From Spirogloea muscicola (taxonomy: Eukaryota), in assembly GCA_009602725.1 (NCBI GenBank), contig WELB01000009.1:697911-733563 (forward strand): a DNA stretch of 35,653 bases. The letters are read 5' to 3'. The notes beneath the pieces are model-generated. The model searched no databases. It was given only the letters and a program-made list of their open reading frames with translations, and was not told the origin of the DNA. The position numbers and the translations under genes are program-made. Shown here in pieces: positions 1 to 14,153 of the stretch (the first letter of the stretch is position 1; each line of letters opens with the position of its first letter).

Positions 1-1708
1 CGCCCGCCGCCACTGCCGCCGGCGGCGTCGGCGGCGGCCCCTTCGCTCGCTTCGCGGGCCTGCGGCAGCTGCCTGGAGGAGCTGTGGCAGCGGCATGGCG
101 GAGCAGCAGGGCCGGCGGGCCACCGAAACAGCTGCCGATTCCGCAGCGGCAGCGTCGTCGGCGGCGGCGGCAACAAGCGCCACAGGCGCCGGCGGCGGCG
201 CCGGCGGTGGCGGCGGCGGGCGGCTGGCAGGACTTCGTGGGCGGTGACCTGCTGGGGTTCGACCTCGGGCGGTGGAAGGATGCGGTGGAGCGCAACGGTG
301 CTGTGGCCATCTACGCGCCGCCCGAGGGCGGCATCGAGGGCCGCTACGCCACGCGCCTCAAGCGCGAGGGCTACCACATCATGAACGTCTTTGCGCGCGG
401 CCTGGGCGACCCCGAGGCGTACCTCACCAAGGTCCACGGCGTCCGACCGGTGAGTGCACGGAGCTGCGACACGTGCAGGGCTCTCATCTGCAGGCTTGTT
501 GTGCCGAGGCTACTTGAGCGCCCCAGCAGGACCTTAAGAACCATCCCTTTGCGGATATTTCAATGCCCTTAAGCATCAACTAAAGTGGGCACCGAGCTTA
601 ATCTTGTATTCTGGGCTTGGGGATTGAGTCTAGGTTTGCTATGGCTCATGCATTAAGGCTTGGTCTTTATGCACTTCCTATAGCCCACATTGTGGACGAC
701 TAATCAGCACTTCAGCCTTCAGCTGCCGGTGTTGGCAAGAGTGAGAAAGCACCGCAGCATTCTTCCAACCTTGTGGGCGTGGTACCACCTTTCATCTCGC
801 AGCCTGCCATTGACATTTCGCAACTATGCCTTGCCAGCCCCACCTGGGTAAGCAGGCGGTCGCGCGATGGTACCTCCCACCGGAGATTGACTACCGGCTG
901 GAGTGCATGCCGCGTTCGAGCAATGGACTGATTGTCTGGGTGATGGAGGCCAAGGTGAAGGTCCTGCATGCCCGAGCTGAGCTGCAAATGCTCCACAAGT
1001 ATATCTCCCAAGGAGCTTAAGATTGGTAGTTCAAGTTGACTGCATGCATTAGGCTTACTGCTGTCTTGTTTGTCTGATCTTTGTATTTGAATCAGGCACT
1101 TAAGACTAGAAATGAATCACATGTAATTATGGCTTTAAGTGAACGAAAGAAACCTTTTCAATTTTGTGCGCTTTTGCTCTCCATAGCTCTGACCAATTGT
1201 GGGCTTCCTGCCAGGTTCTCTCTAGGAATGAGTTGCAGTTCTTTGCTCTGCTCCCTGCCATCCAACCTAGGGTTAAGGTGGTGGCTGAGATGGGGAGCGC
1301 GTAAGTGGAGACTGCCTAGCCTAGCTCCATCTCTAAATACAACATGCAGCCTCAATGTTCTATTGTAGTCCCTCACATAGCATGCATGTATTGAACCCAT
1401 TTCCTGGGCTCTGCTTCATTTTGTTCTTTGTAATGACATAGTTAATCTAGCCGTGCCTTGTGTTGGGTAATCTGTGTGAGTAAATACTCATTCTCGTTGT
1501 ATTCCTTACTCACTGTACTGCTTCGTCCCCACTGATCTGAATGCAAGCGTATCTGACTTTGTGCAGGCGTAAGGTCACCTGGAAGCCCCTGACAGATGTA
1601 TGCGGCCTCCCTCTGCGTCCATTCCCAGATGCTGTTGCAGTTGATGTGTCGGATGGAGAATCTGTTGCTGCTGAAGTGGTGAAGGATGCTCAGCCCGTCA
1701 GCAGCTAG
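1..1708 (+). CDS. ndhN: Chloroplast NDH complex subunit N (nuclear-encoded), 5'-partial
   Basis: Exons <1-449, 838-954, 1215-1300, 1567-1708 (GT-AG, phases consistent, TAG at 1706-1708). The joined protein has the NdhN motifs DFVGGDLL, AIYAPPEGGIEGRY, ARGLGDPEAYLTKVHGVRP/PHLGKQAVARWYLPPEIDYRL, GLIVWVMEAK/VLSRNELQFFALLP and RKVTWKPL. The frame is open to the window edge through Ala/Arg-rich transit-peptide-like sequence, so the start lies upstream. Confidence 0.93.
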
Positions 1709-2547
1709 AAGCAGTCGGATATCAGGAGGCCAGATGTGTTGTTCGGCGGCAATTTCATAGTCCACTGTCATCAACATTAGCTGCAGGTTGTCAAAAGAAA
1801 GGCACTCGGCATACTTCAGGCCACCTGCTGCACTTCCTCCGCACTTAAGCCTCCTCTTTCAGTCGTGCCGCTGATGCTGCAGCTAAACAATGTTGACATT
1901 GCAGCTATTTGCTTGTTGCTGTCCTATTGCAACCTCTACAGTTGCTGTCCCAAATGCAATCTCTACATGCTGCAAGAAGGCCTGCCTGAAACACGACAGC
2001 TCTAACAACATCATCAAGCAGTGCTCGTTGGCCTCTTCTGTACTTGGTAGAGTACACTCTTGGAGGTTGCAAAGCGCATGCAGAGCATGAGATGACCACA
2101 TAGAAGCAAGACGCTGCCCATCGAGGATGCTGACCTATCTGCGAGGAGCACTTGAATGAATAAATGGTCTTATTTGCATATTTGCACGGAAATCTGGGTC
2201 CAAAGTCAAAAGATAGCCACGGCATGTAGTCAAGCGTGCACAGGGGAAGGGGTAATACATGAGCAGCTATCACTCAATACCAAACACATTAAGGCTGGCA
2301 AAGAACGACCTTCTGAATCGAGACAGTGCTTGCTAAACTCACAGCAGCAGCCCAGCCATACTGTGCAGCAGGTGGGTCATGGTGAGTAAATTACCTGCTC
2401 TGGCTGCCCCTGAGGTTGCTCCTGCTCACGTTCAGCAGCCGCCGCTTCTTGTCTCGTCTACTCAGAGTCCTCCACTGTCGTTTTCCTTTCTCCAAACGAC
2501 CAGCAGATCGCTCTCGTCTCGACTGTCCAGACGCAGATGGCAGCACA

Positions 2548-2661
2548 AGATTCCGAACCTCACACAGAGATCAGCCACACTGTCACACAGACAGCTGAGG
2601 CTCCGGCCTCACACAGATTCCGACCTCACACAGAGATCAGCCACTCTGTCACCCAGACAGC
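2548..2661. repeat. Imperfect direct duplication (~47 bp x2)
   Basis: agattccgaacctcacacagagatcagccacactgtcacacagacagc (2548-2595) vs agattccgacctcacacagagatcagccactctgtcacccagacagc (2615-2661). Confidence 0.9.
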
Positions 2662-3064
2662 CCAGCCCAGAAAAGGAATGAACACAAGGCAATGACAACT
2701 GGGGAGCTAACAGTGAGACGGGCGACTCGCCCACCTGGATCCGACGTGGGAGCCCTGCCTCTGAGGCGGCTAACGTGGTGCCCCTTTGTTTCCCCTCGTT
2801 TCCGCTGTTGTGAAAAGTGGCTGCTGACCGACACCGTTGTACCGTCTGCTCCCACGGCCTCCCAGCCACCCGCGCCGCCGCCGCCTCCCGCAAAGCCGCC
2901 GCCGGCGGCGGCGACGGCGGCGGCGGCGCCGGGCGGCGTCGGCGGTGCAGGAATTTGTGCAGAGCGCTGGCTGCGCAGGGCTGCGCACAACTTGAGGGCC
3001 CCTGGCGAAGTGAGGGAGGTCTATGCTGTGCCCCTTACAAGAGGGCGCCGCTGGTGGGGATGCG

Positions 3065-7236
<4,172 letters not shown>

Positions 7237-8560
7237 TCTACTCCAACTCCTTTGCGACATGCATTGCTTGCTCCGAACAGAGTCTCCCTGGGTGTGACCG
7301 GTATTCTTATTGGTTTAACCATTATGTCATTATCATACTTCCAATGCAGCTGTACAAATTGATGTCAGCGATGCGCTAATGCATCACCAGAGCTGTTCGT
7401 TGTGCGCATGACCTGCGTCTCCGCTGCAAAGCTGCAACAAGCATCTCATATTGCACCTTGATTGGTCCCCACTGAGTGCTTCTCGACAACTCGATAAATG
7501 TAAGCACATGTGCAGGATAATGCAGGGACCATCAAACTTGCATCAATGTCTGCACATTCCTCATCCAATTGCTTATATAGAGCACAACATAGACCTGAAA
7601 TTGGCAATGTGAGGTTTCCCTGCTTCACATGTACAGCCTTCCTTCTTGCCACTCTTTAAGAAACCGTTTCTTGCCCTGCCTGCATTTGCGAGTGCCTTTG
7701 TTTCATGCTGGGCTTGTCGCTGAGCTCCTCATTAAGCTCACTCCTACCCCTCGCTGCCCTCCCCCTTTCAATCCCCAATACATCCAATACCCTCCTTGGC
7801 GACTCTTTGAGGGCTTGGTCCTTGACACGCTCTGCTTGAGCCTGAACTAGCTCGGTCTACACTGGATGCGATCACATTGCAGATGAACAATCTGAATGGC
7901 CTCGACCACCAATCTGATCGGTCCTAACCCTGGCTTGCCATATAATGAACATTCCCTTTTTTAAGGGAGATCAAAGGGCGTCACTCTTCTAGTGGCATGC
8001 AAGCTGTTCAAGCCTGTAATCCCTTGCGATTGCCACAGATTGGATGAGTACACCTGAGCTTGATTGTTATTTGAGAACAACTAAGCGTGCAAATTGATTA
8101 TTGTTTGCTTGAAGGAGTAGGCCTTCTCTTGTCTGCTGGCACCTTCACGCTCGGATTTTTTCTGCGGCGTGTTGGGATTTCAACAGTCATCCACTACAAC
8201 AGCCCTCTTTGCGCTTATCAAGTCCTGACAGGGGCCTACTGATCTTCTTGTTGTTGGTGATAGTTATCTTGTGCTGCGCGGTCTTGCACCTGCTCCTGTA
8301 CCTGACCTGTGTTGTACACAGCGTGCTCAGCATCTGCAGTCATGCTCCTCCATTGGACATCCTCCAGGTCCAGCAGATCGCCCTCGTTGAGGCGGCGGCC
8401 CAGCAGAGCGACCTCGTCGCAGCGGCTCAGATGCAGATGTGATCATGGTGGCAGACAGATTCAGATCTCAGACAGTGAGACAGACAGCGCAGGCTCCGCC
8501 CTCACCCAAGGTGGGTGGCAGCCATGGCTAGGGCGCACGGCTGCACCGCGTGGCCTCAGA

Positions 8561-8774
8561 TGTGGGGAGTAAGCCCGACGGGTGCCCGATGCCTCCCTTA
8601 TCCCCTTTTGGTTATATAGGTCTTAGATGTGCTTGCCTTTGTACTTGGCCATTTGGAGTTCGTTTGTTTCAAATACACGAAACCACCCTTATCCAGGGGA
8701 GGACTCTCAGGGCCCAATAGACGGGCGGATGGTCACCCACCCCGACCCGATTCATTATATTACAATATTCAACA
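8561..8774 (-). repeat. 3' LTR core (TG...CA, 214 bp) containing a TATA-like CCTATATAA
   Basis: On the minus strand it reads TGTTGAATA...CTTACTCCCCACA with imperfectly inverted ends. Homology to the other copy continues to 8456, so the true LTR end is uncertain. Confidence 0.7.
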
Positions 8775-8780
8775 CTCCCA

Positions 8781-11610
8781 TTAAATATGTGAATCAGCCA
8801 GACCTAGCAAACTTCTACATCTATCATACGCGGGCTCAGGCAAGCCCTTGGTCAGAATATCTGCAGTCATATCTGCTGAATTACAGTGCTGCATCTTGAT
8901 GACTCCTTCGTCTACCTTCTCTCGGATGAAATGATGTTGTATCTCTATATGCTTAGTACGCGCATGATAGACTGGATTCTTAATCAGAGCAATGCTACCT
9001 TGACTGTCACTGAACAAAGTGGTTGCGCTCGATGAAGAAAGAAATCCACATTCTTGTAGTAGTCTCCTCAGCCAGGATGCTTCTTTTGCTGCTGCAATCG
9101 TTGCCATGTACTCCGCTTTGACAGTTGAAGTCGCCACAGTCTGCTGTTTCCTACTACTCCAACTGACTGCTCCTGCTCCCAACTCGAAGGCATAACCTGT
9201 TACTGACCTTCTATCATCCAGACTGCGTCCCCAGTCAGCATCACAAAATCCTACCAGTTCATCAGTTTATCTCCTGTATTTCTCAACGTCAAGCACAGAT
9301 TCTTGCTTCCCTGCAGATATTGCATGATTCTCTTGACAGCTTGCCAATGCTCAACACCAGGATCTTGACACAAACTGAGCAACCACTCCCACTGCTGCTG
9401 CTATGCCTGGACGTGCTGCCACAGCTATGTACATTAAACATCCCACTGCCTCCCTATAAGGCACCTTTGCCATCTTCTGTCTATCTCGGTTTGTCTTGGG
9501 TCCCTGATCCTTGCTCAAAGTCTGTTTGGTATTCTGTGGGGTAGAGATGGGGTTACAGTCTTGCATACCAAATCTGTCCAAGACTTCAGTAATGTACTTT
9601 GACAAACTCAAGTCAATGCCTTTTTGCTTCTATTTCTCTTGACCTGAATACCCAAAAAATACTCCAAGGGCCCAAGGTCCTTCATCTTGAATCTACTACT
9701 CAGCTCTTGCTTTACTCTCTTCACTTCAGTAGCTGAGTCTCCCAGTAAGATCAGATCATCAACATACAGTGCTAGAACCACCTTAGCTGGTTTCTCCCTC
9801 ACATACACACTGTGATCAGCCTCAGATCTCTTGAAACCTTGGTTCACTAGAAAGGTATCAATCTGTGCATACCAGGCCCTGGGCGCCTGTTTAAGCCCAT
9901 ACAGCGCTTTTTTCAGCTTGCTCACTTGACTCTCCCTGCCTTTCACCTCAAAACCTGCAGGCTGTTGCATGTAAATCTCTTCCTCAAGATCAGCATTCAA
10001 GAATGCTGTGGTGACGTCCATCTGCTCTATTTCTAAATCATTATAGCTGCCATAGCCAGCAAACTTCTGACAGCACTGTATTTAACCACTGGAGCAAATG
10101 TCGAAGAATGTGCTCGCCCAAATGTCTCATTGTTGTCAATCCCTTCCTTCTGAGCACAATCTTTAGCAACAAGGCGTGCTTTATACCGACCGACAGACCC
10201 ATCACCCTTCAGTTTAATCTTGAACACCCATTTGCTGGGTATCGCTTTCCTTCCAACAGGTAACTCTATCAAATCCCAAGTCTTGTTCTCCTTGATAGAA
10301 TCTAGTTCTGCCTCTGCTGCTGCTTTCCACTTGAGTGCTGCATCACTACTCATGGCCTCTTGCATTGTGAGAGGCTCATGTAACACTACAGCAGCAAAAG
10401 CACGAACATCTGTCCTAGATACTCCAAATGTAGCAGCATTCTCCTCCACATCTTCACCTCCTGCCCTTGCTTTCATTCCATCGCCAGATTCAGACCCTGC
10501 TTCCACAGTATCCACAATGTCAGGCTCTTGAGACACAGGCCACCATTGCATTTCTCCCACTGTCTCAGAAGGCCGTAACGGAAATGTAGAATAGTCTGGA
10601 CTTCTTTGCTCATCAAACACTACATCTCTGCTGAAGATCATCCTCCTGTTCTCAAGATCAAACATTTTCCACGCTTTCACGTGTTCACCATATCCTACCA
10701 TAACACACCGACGAGCCTCGGATTGCAACTTGTGTCTCATCTCAGTAGGAACATGCACCCATGCAGAACAGCCAAATACCCTAAGATGGGCAACTGCAGG
10801 TCTCTTGCCAGTCCAGAACTCCTGTGGCGTCATGTCTTCTACTGCAGTAGAGCATTCTATTCTTCAGATAAACAGCCGTAGCAACTGCTTCAGCCCAAAA
10901 TCTGATGGTGTATAAGAATGGAACAGTAAGCACCTTGCAATCTCCACAACAGATCTATTCCACCTCTCCGCCACACCATTCTGTTGAGGACGATAGGTTG
11001 CTGTCAACTGCCTGTGTTTGCCCTGTTGCTGACAGAACCGTTCAAACTCTTTAGAAGTCTATTCTCCACCATTATCAGATCTAAGAGCCTTGAGTTTCTT
11101 CCCTGTCTGCAAGTCGACCGCAGCTTTGAAACGCATAAACTTTTCCAACACTTCACTCTTATTTTCCACAAAATATGCCTTGCTCCATCGACTGGCATCA
11201 TCAATGAAGGACAAAATATATCTGTTGCCCCCTAAAGATGGGACTTGCATAGGACCACAAATATCAGAATGCACCAGCTCCAGAAGTGCAGAAGCTCTAA
11301 AGTGCCCACCAGCAAGCGGTAGTTGAAGGTGGAGTTTACCCTGAACACAGCTCCGACAGAATTCAGGTTCAACATCTTGTACGAGAGTTTCTACTCCATG
11401 CACCATGCTCTTCAGCTTCTTCATCCGCTGAACATTGGGATGGCCCAGTCGAGCATGCCATTGCTCAAATGTGTTTTAGTCAGACTCAGAAACATGGGCG
11501 CTGCCCTGGACCTGCATCTGTTTCTGCACCTGCATCTGTGTCTGCACCTGTCCGTTCAAGGTGAACAGATCACCTGACCTGCGTCCTGTCAGAATGGGAG
11601 CACCAGATTC
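8781..11610 (-). pseudogene. copia pol remnant (integrase, reverse transcriptase, RNase H)
   Basis: Motifs WHARLGH...CRSC, ELVHSDICGP, FIDDASR, LRSDNGGE, PQQNGVAER, WVFKIK...YKARLVAK, QMDVTTAFLN, LYVDD, CDADWG, KHIEIQHHFIRE, ADILTKGL. Stops at 11476-11478, 11059-11061 and 10033-10035; frameshifts near 10905, 9610, 9360 and 9265. Confidence 0.93.
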
Positions 11611-11715
11611 AGATCTCAGACAGTGAGACAGACAGCGCAGGCTCCGCGCTCACCCAAGGTGGGTGGCAGCCATGGCTAGGGCGCACGGGCGCCGGGCGCA
11701 CCGCGTGGCCTTAGA

Positions 11716-11839
11716 TGTGGGGAGTAAGCCACTCCGGGTGCCCGAGGCCTCCCTTATCCAGGGGAGACTCTCAGGGCCCAATAGACGGGCGGGATGGTCA
11801 CCCACCCCGACCCGATTCAACATATTACCATATTCAACA
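11716..11839 (-). repeat. 5' LTR core (124 bp), lacking the 91-bp TATA-containing segment
   Basis: Aligns to 8561-8774 except for 8604-8694, with scattered substitutions and small indels. Confidence 0.7.
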
Positions 11840-12215
11840 GTTAGGAGCTGCCGTGCACCAGCCTCCCTCCATCTACGTCTCCCTCCATGCTTGCTCGTGT
11901 GTCCCTATTCCCGAAGTGGGCTAGCCATCAACGACATTTATCTCCTCGGTCAAGCCATATCTTTCATGTCACATGAAGTCTCCTGGGCTGGGCTAATCAC
12001 AGCCAACCCCTTCGAAGGTCCAACTCCCTGGCTTCTTATTGGAAGTACTGTGTCTTGCTGGATCCACCAGGATGTGGAATGAGCTACTTACCACTAGCAT
12101 CAGAAGAAAGTAACTGCCACCAGATGTAGTTGAGAGATTGTGACTGATCATTTGATACTGGAGGAAAGAGATCAAGGCCGCCAAGTATGGCCGCGCCATG
12201 TGTGGGGCATACAAA

Positions 12216-13830
12216 GAAGGCTCGCAATGTGCATGAGATGATAAAGAAGGCCAAGCCGAGCAAATATACAATTGATGCAAACGGCAACGGAAGTGCAAGG
12301 ACGGAGGCTACACGAATCGAATCCCTAGGCTGGGAGGGATCAAGGATACAGGGCGAAGGCACAGCTGGAGGAGGGCTTTGGTACTCACAAGTGAGCACAC
12401 CCGAGCGGGACAAAGAAGGCGAGTGGTGGGCATGGTAGAAGTGGAGGCCAAGCAGAGCCAATAGATTGTACATACAATGAGGCAGTTATAGTACAAAGAA
12501 GAAGGTTACACAAAGCGAAGCCCTAGCTAAGAGGGGCTAAAGTATCAGGGCGAACGCACAACTGGAGGGGACCTGAGGTATGTTCCCTCAAGTGAGCACC
12601 TACACCCTCAAAGCCCACAGGCCTTGTTCATACCTTTGTGCTGGCCTCCCAAAGCCATTGCCTTACACCGGAAGTGCTGTTCCTTGTTTTGCCAAAAATG
12701 CCAAAAGCGCTTAGCAGCTACGAAGGGGCCTGAAGAAGCTATGTCAGGACGGGGGCAGGATGGACCACTCAGTAGTTACGAGTGAGGAGCCTCAAGTCCG
12801 ACAGACAAGCTGCCGGAAAACTATCCCCCTGACGGAAACCGGAGGCCGCAGCGACAGCACGGCCAGCACGCAGATGCAAGGCGTGGGCCATGGACCGCTG
12901 AAGGGAGACCGACAATCTCATACGAGAGAGAGAGAGAAGGCGCGCGGTGCGCATGAAATTGAAAGGGAGGCCAATTCTAGCCTTGCAAATGTCCTGGTAA
13001 GTGGGTAATGAGCTGGCTAAGGGGGACACTGATATCCCCGAGTAAGCACATGCATATCTGACAAGCTATACTGAGGAGCCAAACCACCACGGAAGCCATT
13101 AGCCTGGGCTAATGCCCGACCAGCACGCTGGTGAATCGCGAGTGCTTGGGAGCACTGCAGACTCAATGATAGCCTCATCCTATATCATGCAATGATGGCT
13201 TGCGAGACGCTAGAATGGCCTAGGCTAGTCGCCCGACTACGTCGGCGGGTATCAACATGCAGTGCCAGGCGATACGATAGACTTGCTAAAGCACGCAGCG
13301 ACCCAAGTGGCCACTGGGTGCTCAATACCCCCTTGTGAGCCCTACTCGAGAACATAGCGAGTCTGGGATATGCACGACGCGAGGATATGCTCCCAGCCCA
13401 GATGGGTATGCCGGCAGCCTATCTGTCATTTCTGCGACGTCGAGTGTCAACCTGTCTGCAACGAGCTCAGGCGTATGCTCTGCATCAGAAAGCTGGTCGA
13501 GCCTTAGCTGCTGGCACAAGAGCTAGTCAATTGCCGTCCGGTATTCGAGCGTCAGCTAGCGACCTCTATGTGCTGACTCGTGGTTACTGAGCGGGTCAGC
13601 TTAGCAGCAGGTGACGTACATTTGTCCAATATGCTTGCCTTTGTACTTGGCCACACATGGCCTCCCCATCTCTTAATATACACGCATTTCTCTGTGAGCA
13701 GCCGGAGGTCACAGAGCGGTGAAAGTGACAGTTGGGAGGCAGGGGGCCGCCTGCTGTCCGATGCCGATCGAGTGAACCACAGGCCCCGAAAGTGGAGGCA
13801 ACCAGCGGCGCTGCGTGGTCGTAGACAGTC
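12216..13830. repeat. Degenerate modular repeat array, locus 1
   Basis: Recurring core CTCAGTA-N6-GTGAGCA-like at about 12380, 12580, 12768, 13030, 13320 and 13695 (+) and 13570-13592 (-). 12305-12400 resembles 12503-12600, and 12216-12262 resembles 12936-12982. Homologous to 28.3-29.56 kb. Confidence 0.75.
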
Positions 13831-13860
13831 GTAAAGACTTTACCGTGGTCTACAAAAAAA

Positions 13861-14153
13861 AAGAAAGTGCGCGCCCATAGAGAAAAGAAGAAAGTGCTCG
13901 CCCATAGAGAAAGGGGGCCAGCAAAGCCAGCCCAGAAAAAGAAGAAGGCTCGCCCATAGAGAAAGAGGGGCTGGCAAAGCCAGCCCAAAAAGAATGGACA
14001 ATGTCAAAAGCCCAAAAAAAAACCTACAAACCTTGTCCATTCCTTTGGGCTGGCTTCTCCCAATCAATCTGGCCGCGCTTGCCCACAAAGAGAAAGGAAA
14101 CAGGGCGTCCTAATAGTCCATTCTTTTTGGGCTGGCTTTGCCAGCCCCTCTTT
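13861..14153. repeat. GCCCA-module repeats plus a perfect 38-bp inverted repeat (foldback/MITE-like)
   Basis: Three (t/g)gc(t/g)cgcccatagagaaa units. Arms 13962-13999 and 14116-14153 are exact reverse complements, with a partial third arm at 14032-14056. Confidence 0.9.

Larger units (their letters stand above)
8456..11839 (-). mobile_element. Decayed, internally deleted Ty1/copia LTR retrotransposon
   Basis: Copia domain order (pre-integrase, IN, RT, RNaseH) on the minus strand between two direct repeats, 8456-8774 and 11604-11839. Both begin TGTTGAATA on the minus strand. A short purine tract (TGGGAG, 8775-8780) precedes the left repeat. No gag, protease, PBS or TSD is recognisable. Confidence 0.93.

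Noticed and set aside
1299..1573. gcgtaag repeated at both ends of ndhN intron 3 as an intron-gain signature
   Set aside because: The copies are offset from the splice sites, and clean excision between them would break the frame.
11590..11605. Minus-strand TGGTGCTCCCATT resembling a tRNA primer-binding site
   Set aside because: It is not preceded by an LTR-ending CA, and it reads in frame as pol codons (SGAPILTG) leading to WHARLGH, so it is most likely coincidental.
11840..11844. gttag as the copia target-site duplication
   Set aside because: There is no matching pentamer beside a TG on the left side; the flanks there are tcaga and ttaga.
12764..12786. cactc-agtagttac-gagtg resembling a CRESS-virus origin nonanucleotide
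   Set aside because: It is not an exact NANTATTAC, the loop is not conserved in other units, and no Rep ORF is present.
12216..13830. CRISPR-like reading of the repeated cores
   Set aside because: The cores are too divergent and irregularly spaced, the intervening DNA is itself homologous between units, there are no cas genes, and the context is eukaryotic.
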